Below are positions 10,158 to 20,617 of a stretch of 64,000 nt of DNA, piece by piece. The stretch is from contig OZ223209.1 in the NCBI GenBank assembly GCA_965140415.1, forward strand, positions 1,024,001 to 1,088,000, given 5' to 3'. The stretch comes from Myxococcota bacterium (GTDB lineage: Bacteria > Myxococcota_A > SURF-8). The first letter of the stretch is position 1; every line of letters starts with the position of its first letter. Under the pieces are notes generated by a model. That model saw nothing but the letters and a program-made list of their open reading frames with translations, ran no database searches and was not told the DNA's origin. The translations under genes and the position numbers were made by a program.

Positions 10158-10904
10158 ATGAGTGCTGTCATCGCCGGACTCGTAACCCTGTTTTTTACGG
10201 CGCTATTGACGGTCAGTGGTGTGGGGGCGGCCTTTATTCTGATTCCGGTTTTCGTGGCGTTACAGGTCGAGGTGCATCAGGCCATGGCCACCGCGCTATT
10301 ACTGAATGCCATCGCCATGAGTGCGGCCAGCGCCTGGTTCATCCGTAAAAAGCTGGTGGTATTCGAAATTGCTGTGCCCATGCTCTTGATGGGTTCCGTT
10401 ACCGCGCCGATTTGCGCCTATGCCAGCAATTATATCAATCGTACACCGCTGTTATGGATGTTTGCCCTGTTCTGCGTCATTGCCGGTCTGATGATGCTGT
10501 TGTTCACACCCAAACCGCGAAACGAGGGTATGAGCCGGAAAAAGCTGATCCTCATCGGCCTGATTATGGGATTTATCTCCGGTATCGGCGGTGGTTTATT
10601 GGGCGTGGGCGGCGGAAATATGATCGTTGCCGTATTGATCGTGCTGGGGCTGGAGGCGAAAAAGGCGACCGCGACCACGGCCTTTATCGTTATCTTCGTT
10701 TCCTTCGCCGGATTCCTGGGGCACGTGCAAACGGGAGTCGCCGAGGGAGCTATTCTGGCCGTGGCGGCAGGATGCGCGCTCGTCGGAGCGCTGATCGGAG
10801 CCTGGTTGATGACCGACAAACTCGCGGCTGGACAGGTGAAGCGGGTGATCGGCGGCGTGCTGCTCTTCATTGCAACCAAGGTCATATGGGATCTGGTGGT
10901 CTAG
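10158..10904 (+). CDS. sulfite exporter TauE/SafE (TSUP) family membrane protein
   Basis: About 8 TM segments with duplicated G.G.A/GVGGG..I.P motifs. Confidence 0.85.
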   Translation: MSAVIAGLVTLFFTALLTVSGVGAAFILIPVFVALQVEVHQAMATALLLNAIAMSAASAWFIRKKLVVFEIAVPMLLMGSVTAPICAYASNYINRTPLLWMFALFCVIAGLMMLLFTPKPRNEGMSRKKLILIGLIMGFISGIGGGLLGVGGGNMIVAVLIVLGLEAKKATATTAFIVIFVSFAGFLGHVQTGVAEGAILAVAAGCALVGALIGAWLMTDKLAAGQVKRVIGGVLLFIATKVIWDLVV

Positions 10905-10914
10905 GTTTCTATTC

Positions 10915-10943
10915 TTGCTCTTCTTTCCGAGTCCTATTAGAAT
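10915..10943 (+). promoter_or_regulatory. sigma70-type promoter for ybaK
   Basis: TTGCTC-N17-TAGAAT upstream of the AAGGAGG RBS. Confidence 0.5.
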
Positions 10944-10989
10944 ATCAAGTTGAAACAGGGTGTTACCTTTACCAAAGGAGGGCAGGGCG

Positions 10990-11455
10990 ATGTCTACGAC
11001 CGCTGCCATGCGCGTATTGAAGCAGAAGAAAATTCCATTTGAACTGCGTGAATACGATCATAAAGTCAAAGGTGCCGAATTCGCGGCGCAGGCGCTGAAC
11101 TGGCCCTTGTCCGCCATGGTGAAAACGCTGGTCGTCAAGTTGGATGGTAAAAGTTATATCCTTTGCTGTATGCCGGGAAACCGGGAGTTGTCGCTAAAAA
11201 AAGTTGGCGCGGGCGGCAGGAGTGAAGAACGCAAGCATGGCGAGTACGGAGGAAGCCGAAAAGGTCACAGGTTATCTGGTTGGCGGTATCAGTCCGTTCG
11301 GAACGAAGAAGGCGCTGCCGGTATGGTTTCACGAGTCGATTCCGGTTTTGGAGCGGATCGGAATCAATGCCGGGCGACGCGGCTGTATTCTTTTCCTGAA
11401 TCCTGCCGATGCCGTGACGGTATTGAAGGCGCAGGTTTGCGATCTGGCCATGTAG
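10990..11455 (+). pseudogene. ybaK: YbaK/EbsC Cys-tRNA(Pro) deacylase split by a one-base insertion in an A7 run (pseudogene or sequencing indel)
   Basis: The N-half (TAAMRVL...VKTLV...ELSLKK) and C-half (LARAAG...TGYLVGGISPFG...INAGRRG) are in different frames. Removing one A at 11196-11202 fuses them. Confidence 0.85.
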
Positions 11456-11484
11456 TAAAATTCCCTGTTTGTGTCAGTGCAAGA

Positions 11485-11516
11485 AAAACGAAACGGCCCG
11501 CATCTCGCGGGCCGTT
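11485..11516 (-). terminator. intrinsic terminator of the giant lipoprotein gene
   Basis: AACGGCCCGC-GAGAT-GCGGGCCGTT followed by TCGTTTTT on the minus strand. Confidence 0.7.
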
Positions 11517-11549
11517 GATCGTAGAAAACATGAAATTGTATCGCCGGAA

Positions 11550-14500
11550 TCAGGGGTAGATTTCCCCGCTGGTTCCGTTGGCACCGTTGTTGGAAGTATT
11601 GGGCGAACTACCACCGGTTCCCGGAATTCCAACCGAGTAGGTATTGGATTGCAAACTGGGAGCGCTGCTGCCTGATTTGTAGATGGCGTAGACATTGCCG
11701 CCCGCGCCGCCACCACCGTGACCGCCGTTGCCGCCCTGTCCGCCGCTGCCGCCGTCGCCGCCGTCGCCAGCGCCATCGCGACCGTTTCCGCCTTGACCGC
11801 CGCTGCCGCCCGAGCGTCCCTGGCCACCCTGTCCGCCGTTGCCGCCGTTGCCACCATTGCCGGTGATGATTTCGCAATCGTGCAGGGATGGAGAAGAGTC
11901 GATCAGGAAGACGCCGAACACGCCGCCACCGCCGCCGCCTCCGCGAGCCGCAGTGCCACCGCAACCCGCTCCGCCGCCGCCGCCGCCGCCAGCGCCTTCA
12001 TCCCAGCCGGAATCGCCGAAACCGCCGCCGCCGCCGGAACCGGAATCGCCGTTTTGACCCGCCGTCCCGTCCGTGCCGCCATTGGCGACCCAAAGCCCGC
12101 TGTCGTCCAGATAACCGCTGTTAGAGCCGCCCTGGCCATCCGAACCGTGACGGTTGCCGGCACCGCTGCCGCCGTTGTTGCCATCCCGGTCGGTGTAGCG
12201 TCCGCCCGAGCCCCCGGCTGGACCCGAGCCGCTGCTGCCGTTATCCGTTCCCAAATAGCTTCCGGCCCAGCCTCCGTATCCACCGCTGTAGCCGCTTCCG
12301 CAAACACTAAAGCCACCCACGCCCGGGTCACCGCCGTTTAGGTTGCAGTTGGAACAATCCGTTTCGCCGTCGGTTCCACGACCGCCGCCGCAGTCGAGCG
12401 TGCTACAGGAACTGTCGCCGTTGCGATCCTCAGAATCCACTTCGCACTGTCCGTTCTGGTTCGCATCCCAGCAAAATGCTCCGTTAATTCCGGAACTTCC
12501 ATTTTGACCGACGTAGCCATCCACAGCGGTGATTCGGCAGTGATCGAGTTTCAACTGGTTGTTACTGTTTCGAATTACAAGACCGTAGCTGCTGCGCCCA
12601 TACTGCAAGCCACCGATTGTATTTAAAAACGCGACTTTCTGTAAGATGGTTTCCTGTTGAATGTTCTCGATGGATTGGCCGATGTAGGTGCTCGACTGGA
12701 AGACGCTGTAGTCGCCGCTGACGCGGGACCATGCGAAATTGCGGTCGTCGTATCCGCCGTACATGTGAACGCCGGCGCGAATGGTAAAGGTCTGATTGTA
12801 ATAACCGCTACCGATGATCAGGTATTTTTTCGGGTTGGATGCATTGGCCAGCAGAATCGCTTCCTCGATGTCGTTCATCGGTTCGGTCGGCGTTCCCGCG
12901 GCACCGGCATAGCCGTATTCGATGGAAACGAAGATCGCCCGTTCCACTTCACCGTCGACGCCGTCGCAGTCGGTGTCGATGCCGTCCATATCCGGAACAT
13001 CTTCCTGGCCGTCGTCCACACAGAAGTATTCACAACCATTTAACCAGTTTTGGTCGAGATTGAGATAGTTGTCCTCGCAGGTATAGGTGCACTCACCGTC
13101 GGTACAGTGGCGGATGCTGTGATCGCGAGCAGGGCAGGGCGTACAGGAGTCGCCGCAGCTGTCCGGCGATTCGTCGCTGACGCACTCCGTGCCACAAAGG
13201 TGATAGCCATTATTGCACATTTTTCCGCACACGATTCCATCGCAGGTTGCGGTGCCGTTGACAACAAGCGGGCAGGGGTCGCAGGAATCGCCGCAATGCT
13301 CGACATCGCCGTTGAACACGCAGCTTTCTTCTCCATCGATCGTACAGGTGTGATATTCCTGATTACAGGTATATACACAGTTCTGACCGTTGCAGCTTAC
13401 GCTGGCGTGTTCGCGTTGCGGGCAGGGATCGCAGGAATCGCCGCAGTGGTTGACGTTGTAGTCGTACACACAGCCGACGGAACCCAGGTTGTCCGGGCAT
13501 TCGTGGTAGGCGGTGTTGCAGGTCAACGTACATTGTTGGCTGACACAGGACATCGTTCCGTTGGCCACGACCGGGCAAGGCGTGCAGCGGTCGCCGCAGC
13601 TATTGACGTCGTAGTTGCTTACACAGTTGCCGTAGCAGTCGTGCGTTCCGCTCAAGCATTCATATCCGCAGTAGATGCCATCGCAGGTAGCATAAGAATT
13701 GGCCGGTGTTTCGCAGGGATAGCAGCGAGTGCCGCAGGTAAGCGGGCTGTTGTTGCTGACACATTGACCGAAGCAGTCGTGATGGCCAGACAGGCATTCG
13801 TAACCGCATTCGCCGCCGGAACAGGTGGCTACACCGTTTTCCGGTGTAAAACAGCTTACACAGTCCAACCCGCAGCATTGCGGTGTTTCGTTGGAGACAC
13901 AGCTTTGCGTTTCTTCATCGACATGGTAGCCGATCTGGCAACTCAGTTCGCATCCGTACACGCCGCTGTCTTCCACGCACAACCAGTCGCCATGGGTCGG
14001 GTCGCCGTATTCGGAGTAGCAGTCCAGATGCGAGGGACCGCAGTCGTTGGGATCGGAGGGAATCACGCAACTGTTGTTGTAGCGCACGTAGTCGGTGTCG
14101 CAGGTGAACGAGCAGAAAAAGATCGAGCCGTTGAAATCGCAACTCGCCTGGCTGTGATCGGGCTGCGGGCAGGGGGTGCAGCGTGTTCCGCAGTGGTTGA
14201 AGTCGTTGTCGGTTACACAGTCGTCGCCGCAGCTATGGGTTCCTGCCTGGCAACTGTAAACACATTGCGAATTGATGCAGTACCAGTCTGCGTTTTCGTG
14301 TTCGGCGCAAAGATCCTGGGCGTCGTCGGGTACGCCGTTACAGTCTTCATCCAGACCGTTGCAGACTTCCGGTTGCGAGGCGTCCTGGCTGCCGCCCGGA
14401 CCGGTGGAGCAGATCCGTTGTTGCGGGTCGTTCGCGTTGCATTCCCATACGCCGGAGGGGCACAAGCCCGGATTGCTGCAAATGCCGCCTAACTCGAAAT

Positions 14501-16949
14501 CTTCATCGGTCAGACCGTTGCAGTCGTCATCGGCGTTGTTGCATAGTTCCACACCGTTGGTGGCGGAGTTGTAGTCGCATTCATATTCGCAGTCGCTTGG
14601 ATCATCGTCGATATCCCACCAGCCTTCTTCGCAGGCTTGCGAAGAACCGGTCAGATACACTGTTTGCAGGCTGTCGCGGTAGTCGTTGGTCGTCAGTACG
14701 ATCTGTGCATCATGCGTCCCCGTGCTTGTCGGGATGAATGTGACGTCGAAAGAAAGCGCCGATGCACCGGGAAGAAGTTCGCGGGGTAGCGGCAGACTCT
14801 CCAGATCCAGCATGTAGGCGGTGGAGGATTCCGCGGAAAGGTCGATCTCTTCGATGCGCAAGGCTCCTCTGCCGATGTTTTCGATCTGCACGGATAATGT
14901 ATCGGACTGGCTGTTCTGCCGCACTTGGCCAAAGTCGTAAGGCGAGCTTTCCGACGTATCCGGCGTAAGGCTGATTTCAGGGGCGGTGGCCTGACCGGAA
15001 AGATAGATGTACAAGGTTTGCTGGGCCGGATCGTTGGTGTGCAGGGTCAAGCGCGTGTATTCATTGTCGGCGTTCAAATCCGGCACGAAGCTGATATCCA
15101 ATCGTTCGCTTTGGCCATCGCTGATTTCCGGCAGGCTTTGCGGGTCGATGGTGAAGTAGGTCGAGCTTTGTGGATCGAGTTCCATTGAATCGACGACCAG
15201 TGGATAGTTGCCGCTGTTGCGGATCAGCAGACCGATGGTTTCCTGCTGGTTGGCCGGAACATCCCCAAAATCGAGATTGCCGGAGAAGGGTTGCCCGTTG
15301 ACCAGCGTAACGGAAAGTTCCGGCTTGGAACCTTGACCGGTAACGGTCAGTCCTGCCGGTTCGCGCGCGTCGCCGATATCGAAGCTGTATTCTTCTTCGT
15401 GATAGGCAACGGAGACCGGGCGATACACGATGGTGGCCGTGCGACTGTCGCCGGGGGTCAGAGTAAAGGGCGTGTCGTCCATCTCCAAGCTGAAACTGGG
15501 AGAGCCATTGCGTGTATCCACGCCGAAAACCGTAATGTCTGCTTCGCCCTGATTGCTGAGCAATACGTTCAACTCGACTTCATCGTTGATCAGAACCGAG
15601 CCGAATCCATAGAATGAAGGTTGCAGCATTAGATCGCTGATGTAGCCGGTTCCGGTAACGGAAACCGTTTGAATGTGGTTGCTGTAATCGTCGCTTTCGA
15701 TGACGAGCGTAGCCGATTCCATGCCGCTGTTATCCGGCTCGAAACTGAGCAGAACCTGCTTGTCTGCGCCGGGAGAAATAAAGGTGCCCTCGTAAGGGGC
15801 TGAAATAATTTCAATTTCAGTTGAAGTGGACTGCGCCAGATAGATCGGTCCCATTTCGATTGTCGATGTGCCACTGTTCGTCAATGTGACTGTGGAGCGG
15901 GCGAAGTTGTCGACCGTCACCCGTCCGAAATCGACCTGTTCCGGAGAGACGGTCAGTTCTTTGAGTCCGCCGGTACAGCTAAGCAGGATGCTCATCGGGT
16001 TGGATTGATCCGCTACGTTGTGTGTTAGCAGCAACTCGACTTCCACCAGTCCGGCCTGTTGAGGATGGCAGACCACTTCTACGGGAATGCCGTCGGTAAA
16101 TGGTGGAATCGTAAATGTTTCCGGCGTGTTTTCTCCCAGCGAGAAACTAAGGTTTTCTTCCGGGTCGAAGCCGATGGCGCTGATATGTAGCGAGGCTGTC
16201 GTGGTGTGATCGCTGGGACGATTCTGGATGACGATCGTTTTGGGCTCGCTGGTTTCACCGACGGGTACGGTGTCGAAATCCAGTCGGTTCGGGGAAACCA
16301 GCAATAGCGGAGAACCCACTTCAGCGGCCACCAGGTCGACATCCACCTGCGGGCTTTGTTCGTCGTTGCTTGTGATGCGCAGTTTGGCCGTAACACGGTC
16401 GGAGCTTTGGGCTGTATAGCCGACTTGCAGCGTTTCGGTTTGGGCGCTGTCGATGGGCAGTGGGAACACGGGTGGCGAAACCAGGCGGAAACCGGTGGGA
16501 TCGTCGACGAACGTGATCGATTCGATGCGCAGGGTACCCAGACCACCGTTGGTCAGATTCAGATCCACCGTGTGTTCGGTTCCGATTTCAGCAGGAATAT
16601 CCAGGCGGATTGGCGCGACCAGACGAGGATCTCCGGTCAGTTCCAACTCGCTTTCCTGTTCTTCGTCGCCATCAACCGGAGTTTCGATGATGTCATTGTC
16701 CGAAGAATCCGGTTCTTCATCCAAATCGGCTGGCGGTAAGTTCGAATCCAGGTCGCCGTCCGGTTGGTCCGGGACACAGACGTGGTTGTTCGTATCGCAG
16801 ACGTAGTTGTCCCCCATGCCCTGGCAGTCCGCATCGGTCTGACATTCTTCCTGTTGGGTCAATTCCGAGGAGCAACCGCAAACCAATACCATCACCAACA
16901 GGCCAAGGGCGATCCCGACCTTGGCTATCGCTCGTTTCCATCCAGCCAT
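11550..16949 (-). CDS. 1799-aa surface lipoprotein: about 6 choice-of-anchor-D/ASH Ig-like domains, E.CNG.DDDC.G motifs, Cys-rich repeats, C-terminal beta-helix with Gly-rich insertion
   Basis: Lipobox LVCG-C; repeated P...DFG.V.......V.L.N.G...L.I modules; ELCNNADDDCNGLTDE; about 9 CG..C.PC repeats; GIDTDCDGVDG..AIFVS; long poly-Gly tail. Confidence 0.85.
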   Translation of the reverse strand: MAGWKRAIAKVGIALGLLVMVLVCGCSSELTQQEECQTDADCQGMGDNYVCDTNNHVCVPDQPDGDLDSNLPPADLDEEPDSSDNDIIETPVDGDEEQESELELTGDPRLVAPIRLDIPAEIGTEHTVDLNLTNGGLGTLRIESITFVDDPTGFRLVSPPVFPLPIDSAQTETLQVGYTAQSSDRVTAKLRITSNDEQSPQVDVDLVAAEVGSPLLLVSPNRLDFDTVPVGETSEPKTIVIQNRPSDHTTTASLHISAIGFDPEENLSFSLGENTPETFTIPPFTDGIPVEVVCHPQQAGLVEVELLLTHNVADQSNPMSILLSCTGGLKELTVSPEQVDFGRVTVDNFARSTVTLTNSGTSTIEMGPIYLAQSTSTEIEIISAPYEGTFISPGADKQVLLSFEPDNSGMESATLVIESDDYSNHIQTVSVTGTGYISDLMLQPSFYGFGSVLINDEVELNVLLSNQGEADITVFGVDTRNGSPSFSLEMDDTPFTLTPGDSRTATIVYRPVSVAYHEEEYSFDIGDAREPAGLTVTGQGSKPELSVTLVNGQPFSGNLDFGDVPANQQETIGLLIRNSGNYPLVVDSMELDPQSSTYFTIDPQSLPEISDGQSERLDISFVPDLNADNEYTRLTLHTNDPAQQTLYIYLSGQATAPEISLTPDTSESSPYDFGQVRQNSQSDTLSVQIENIGRGALRIEEIDLSAESSTAYMLDLESLPLPRELLPGASALSFDVTFIPTSTGTHDAQIVLTTNDYRDSLQTVYLTGSSQACEEGWWDIDDDPSDCEYECDYNSATNGVELCNNADDDCNGLTDEDFELGGICSNPGLCPSGVWECNANDPQQRICSTGPGGSQDASQPEVCNGLDEDCNGVPDDAQDLCAEHENADWYCINSQCVYSCQAGTHSCGDDCVTDNDFNHCGTRCTPCPQPDHSQASCDFNGSIFFCSFTCDTDYVRYNNSCVIPSDPNDCGPSHLDCYSEYGDPTHGDWLCVEDSGVYGCELSCQIGYHVDEETQSCVSNETPQCCGLDCVSCFTPENGVATCSGGECGYECLSGHHDCFGQCVSNNSPLTCGTRCYPCETPANSYATCDGIYCGYECLSGTHDCYGNCVSNYDVNSCGDRCTPCPVVANGTMSCVSQQCTLTCNTAYHECPDNLGSVGCVYDYNVNHCGDSCDPCPQREHASVSCNGQNCVYTCNQEYHTCTIDGEESCVFNGDVEHCGDSCDPCPLVVNGTATCDGIVCGKMCNNGYHLCGTECVSDESPDSCGDSCTPCPARDHSIRHCTDGECTYTCEDNYLNLDQNWLNGCEYFCVDDGQEDVPDMDGIDTDCDGVDGEVERAIFVSIEYGYAGAAGTPTEPMNDIEEAILLANASNPKKYLIIGSGYYNQTFTIRAGVHMYGGYDDRNFAWSRVSGDYSVFQSSTYIGQSIENIQQETILQKVAFLNTIGGLQYGRSSYGLVIRNSNNQLKLDHCRITAVDGYVGQNGSSGINGAFCWDANQNGQCEVDSEDRNGDSSCSTLDCGGGRGTDGETDCSNCNLNGGDPGVGGFSVCGSGYSGGYGGWAGSYLGTDNGSSGSGPAGGSGGRYTDRDGNNGGSGAGNRHGSDGQGGSNSGYLDDSGLWVANGGTDGTAGQNGDSGSGGGGGFGDSGWDEGAGGGGGGGAGCGGTAARGGGGGGGVFGVFLIDSSPSLHDCEIITGNGGNGGNGGQGGQGRSGGSGGQGGNGRDGAGDGGDGGSGGQGGNGGHGGGGAGGNVYAIYKSGSSAPSLQSNTYSVGIPGTGGSSPNTSNNGANGTSGEIYP

Positions 16950-17058
16950 AATGTTTTATTCCTCGTTTGAACGGTCCCACGTCCGGCAAGATTCCGGAAA
17001 TTGAAAGCATGGCAGGGTGACGAGCGTGGTCACTCGTCACCGCTGCATGTATGTTCGA

Positions 17059-19197
17059 TCAGGGGTTGGGTTCACCCCATTGTCCGCTGACTTTGTTGAT
17101 AAACCATTCCATTGACTGGCCGGTTTCGGTCAGGTGAACGGTGCGGGTCCAACGCGGTTGGATGTCGTTATCGACACGAATGCTGATTGTAACGTCCGTG
17201 TTCTTTTCATCCAGGCAGAATAGTCCCATATCCCAGGAGGCGCAGTCTTCGGTAAAGAGCACCGAAATGGTATAGGCACCGTTTCCGGCGTTGGAATGCG
17301 TGATGGTCTCCTTGTTGCCGTTGGAGAAGGCGCTGGTGTGATTGGAGACGTAGGCGAAGCCGTAGTCGCCCATGTTACAGGTCCGGTTGGAACTCATGGA
17401 CGTGTCCGAACAGATCGCGCCGTTGGGTGCGCGCCAAGCCAGATTGACGTTCATGTCGCCGCTGCCGGTGAAGGTCATGTCGATCACGATTTTCTCATCG
17501 CCCACGACGTTAATCAGCACCTGCTTGGGGTCACTTTCCAGTCCGTCGGAATCGGTTACTACCAAGGTAACGGTATACGGTCCCGCCCAATCGACATCCA
17601 TCGAAATGATTGGACTTTCGTCGTTGGGCCAGATTTCGGTCAGGCTGACATCCGGTTTGTCCAGGGTCCACTTGTAAGTTAGCGGATAGTTTTCGTCCGG
17701 GTCGTAGGAAATGTCACCGTAGAGCGTAATGCGCTTGGCCTGGCTGCTGGCGTTTTCCATGACATCGATGGGCAACAGCAGTTCCGCGCCGTTGGCTTCG
17801 CGCGAAATACGGGCGATCGGGGCTTTGTTGGCTTCTCGACCGCGTCCGGTGACCGGAGTTTTGGAGAAGCGGGAGGGGCCTTCCTGGTCGGTTTCGATCA
17901 GGAAATAGCAGCCTTCGTCCAACCCGGTGTTGGTCGGCGAATATTCGACGCCGATGGTCGAGATCGTCGTTCCCAGCGGGAATTCGTAGGGGAAATTGTC
18001 GATGTCGATCAGCGCCAGTTCGAACTCTTCGCAGTGATTGCCGCTGAGCAGGATGTTCTGAATGTTCAGATCGCGACCCGATTCGTTGGTGACACTGACC
18101 TGCACCGCTCGGTTTTCTTCGATGTTCACCGTTCCCAGATCGATGGGATTGGGTTCTACGTACAGACTCGATTCGCTGGCCGCGCCGGTCATCTCGATTT
18201 CCGTGCGTCCGTCGTCTTCGCCATCCGGGTCGACCTGCGCGTCGTGATGGACACGCAACTGATTCTCGTGAATCTCCGGCCAGACGGTTTCTTCGGTCGG
18301 TTCATAGGTCAATTCGACCGGCAGACAAGTGCCGGGAACGATGTAGTAGGGAGCGTTGGGGGAGGGGGCATCGATGTTCATATCGAAGTCGAAATGCGGC
18401 GTGCTGCGTACCAGCACGATGCCGGTAACGGTAATGGGCTTGTTGCCGTCGCCGTCGTTGCAGAGTTGCAAGGTTTCAGTTAGCGCCATGTCGCCGACAC
18501 GTACATTGCCGAACTGCACTTCTTCCGGGTCGGCGCGCAGGACGCTGGTGCCCTTCAGTTCGCTGGTCAGCATGACCGTTAACAATGGCTCATTGTCCGC
18601 ATTGGAGGCGATTTGCAGCGGTTCGTTGGCTTCGTAGGGGCGCGTTGGGCTGAACGTTACCGAAAACGTTTTCGGCATTCCCGGCACCAGCGTCAGCGGC
18701 AGATCGTCCATGCCGTTGATCACGAAGTCCGGGTTTCCCGTTGGCAGGTCCAATGCGCGGATAACCAGGTTTTCGACGCCTCGATTGGTCAATTCGACGT
18801 TGCGCGAGGTTTCTTCGCCGATCTGCACGGAACCGAACGCCACCGTTTCCGGACCTGAGATGATCACGCCGTCTTGCAGGTCGCCATCGATATAATCACC
18901 GTCGACAGAATCGCCGTCGGGTTGTGGATCGACGATGCAAGTGCCTAATGCGGAACAGATTTTTCCGGTTTCGCAGTCGGAGTTGACGGTGCATTCGGGA
19001 AGATTGCCCTGAATGGTGCAGATTCCCTGTGCGTTGCAATATTCATCCGTTGCGCAATCCGTATCGAGTTGACAGGTTACGACTTCCGGGTCTTGATCGC
19101 CATCGACGACGGCATCATCTCCACCGCAGCCGGTCAAGGGTAGCAATAACGCACAGATCAGCAACAAATACATCCAATAAAGCCATCCGGATTTCAC
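17059..19197 (-). CDS. lipoprotein with Cys-knot repeats, three choice-of-anchor-D/ASH domains and a PKD-like domain
   Basis: AAGGAGG RBS then GTG start; lipobox LTG-C; C..D.DC repeats; FG.V.IGE/N.G modules; SYDPD...LTYKW...GPYTVTLVVTDSDG (PKD). Confidence 0.8.
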   Translation of the reverse strand: MKSGWLYWMYLLLICALLLPLTGCGGDDAVVDGDQDPEVVTCQLDTDCATDEYCNAQGICTIQGNLPECTVNSDCETGKICSALGTCIVDPQPDGDSVDGDYIDGDLQDGVIISGPETVAFGSVQIGEETSRNVELTNRGVENLVIRALDLPTGNPDFVINGMDDLPLTLVPGMPKTFSVTFSPTRPYEANEPLQIASNADNEPLLTVMLTSELKGTSVLRADPEEVQFGNVRVGDMALTETLQLCNDGDGNKPITVTGIVLVRSTPHFDFDMNIDAPSPNAPYYIVPGTCLPVELTYEPTEETVWPEIHENQLRVHHDAQVDPDGEDDGRTEIEMTGAASESSLYVEPNPIDLGTVNIEENRAVQVSVTNESGRDLNIQNILLSGNHCEEFELALIDIDNFPYEFPLGTTISTIGVEYSPTNTGLDEGCYFLIETDQEGPSRFSKTPVTGRGREANKAPIARISREANGAELLLPIDVMENASSQAKRITLYGDISYDPDENYPLTYKWTLDKPDVSLTEIWPNDESPIISMDVDWAGPYTVTLVVTDSDGLESDPKQVLINVVGDEKIVIDMTFTGSGDMNVNLAWRAPNGAICSDTSMSSNRTCNMGDYGFAYVSNHTSAFSNGNKETITHSNAGNGAYTISVLFTEDCASWDMGLFCLDEKNTDVTISIRVDNDIQPRWTRTVHLTETGQSMEWFINKVSGQWGEPNP

Positions 19198-19711
19198 AAC
19201 ATCCTCCTTGCACGTACCAGAAAAAAGGCGTCTGTTTCTTAAATCGATTGAGTTGAACTTCCGTGGCGCAGACTCCAACTTGCTCTAAATCATTATATTA
19301 GCACAGCACACAAAAAACACAACTAGAATTGCAGGGGTGCGGTGTTCTGCTGAAAGGATGAGGGCAGTGGCTGGAGGGAGAAAAGCTAAGTGGTTTAAGT
19401 CACTAAATGTATTTAAATTGTGGATAAATAGCCGTTATCTTGAGTACAATGAAGGATCTGCTTGAAATTATAAGGGATTCTTTGGCTAAACCTCAAAATG
19501 ACAAATTCCATAAAGTTCTTCGAAAGGGCTTGAAAGCTCGCTCGATTCTTGCTAGCTTTTTACGTGGGACTTGCCGGAAAATCAAATCCGAATGGGCTTT
19601 GTGTGTTCTAGGTTCCCTATCCGTTACTCCTGCATGATTACTCATCCAAGGGACAGAGATTGTTGTGAGCTTTAAAAGGAGCCATGCATCTCCTTAGAAA
19701 GGCTGAAATCG

Positions 19712-20617
19712 ATGTCAACTGTAAAGACGTTTACGATCTTCGGAATTCTGATCCTGATCGGCCTCCTCGCTTTGCCCGCTTGGGGAAACATGCCGTCTGG
19801 AACCCTTTTTGTTCTCGATTGTCGCGATAGTGGAACTCTGTTTTTCGGCAATATAGATTCTTTGCCTGCGCAATCGGAACTTTCCTCACTCGACTTCAAT
19901 TTCTGTACTGGTAATGGAAATGATGGGGTTGTATTAAACTACGATTTTCGTTGGGGAAGCTTTCACAACAATGGAGAGACAGGCTTAGTAGCCTTCGTCC
20001 CACTTTTCGATTGCGACAGTATCAAGGAACACGCCAAGTGGGTTTGTCTCGGATCAACTTGTGAGAATGAATGTCAGGATGCCTTTGGTGTTATAAGCCA
20101 AGGAGCAAATGGAACGCTGGTCACGACTCTTCAAGAATTATTCTCCCAGTGTGAAAGCTCGGACGATTGTCCGGGTAATGATGAAGATTGCTGTCATCCT
20201 TGGTGGTCGTACAGGCCGATTTGTATTGACAAATCAGACCGGTGCTACACGTGCGAAGGAGAATGTGCGATTTCCGAAGATGAAATTCCGCAAATCACCT
20301 GTGACGGCGTATGGTCCAACACCGACCAGACACCGATCGATCCACCCGTTTTCCCTGAACCTCCTCCGATTGATGGCGATTCCGAGGTCGTTGAATTGGA
20401 AATGGAGAACTCGGAGGCGTCCGATGGAGATCTGGACACTCTGGAATCCGACACGGAAAAAGACGTCTTGGAAGAGGATAATGCCGATGGGGATTCCAAA
20501 TTGGAAAACGATGATGGTTGTTGCGGCGTTCCCGGAAAAACGGCGGGGCTTCTTTGGATATTGGCTGTCGTGGTTTTGGGAGGATTGCGGATGAAGCGAT
20601 GCAGGCTCTCGAACTGA
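19712..20617 (+). CDS. secreted Cys-rich protein with MYXO-CTERM-like C-terminal anchor
   Basis: Signal peptide (LPAWG); acidic DGD linker; DDGCC + TM helix + RMKR tail. Confidence 0.7.
   Translation: MSTVKTFTIFGILILIGLLALPAWGNMPSGTLFVLDCRDSGTLFFGNIDSLPAQSELSSLDFNFCTGNGNDGVVLNYDFRWGSFHNNGETGLVAFVPLFDCDSIKEHAKWVCLGSTCENECQDAFGVISQGANGTLVTTLQELFSQCESSDDCPGNDEDCCHPWWSYRPICIDKSDRCYTCEGECAISEDEIPQITCDGVWSNTDQTPIDPPVFPEPPPIDGDSEVVELEMENSEASDGDLDTLESDTEKDVLEEDNADGDSKLENDDGCCGVPGKTAGLLWILAVVVLGGLRMKRCRLSN

Noticed and set aside
11196-11203. Programmed -1 frameshift at an A-AAA-AAG-like site in ybaK
   Set aside because: Restoring the protein needs +1, not -1, and the motif is not in the codon phase required.
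11550-12500. Mycobacterial PE-PGRS protein
   Set aside because: There is no PE domain; the Gly-rich tract is the C-terminal part of a lipoprotein with a different architecture.
13050-14492. 480-aa plus-strand ORF, and similar long ORFs at 8867-9895, 24181-25128 and 30026-31042
   Set aside because: These are antisense shadows of well-supported genes, with no motifs and composition explained by the opposite strand's codon bias.
19440-19637. 65-aa ORF in an AT-rich intergenic region
   Set aside because: It has no clear RBS or motif and lies in a divergent promoter region, so I cannot support it as a gene.
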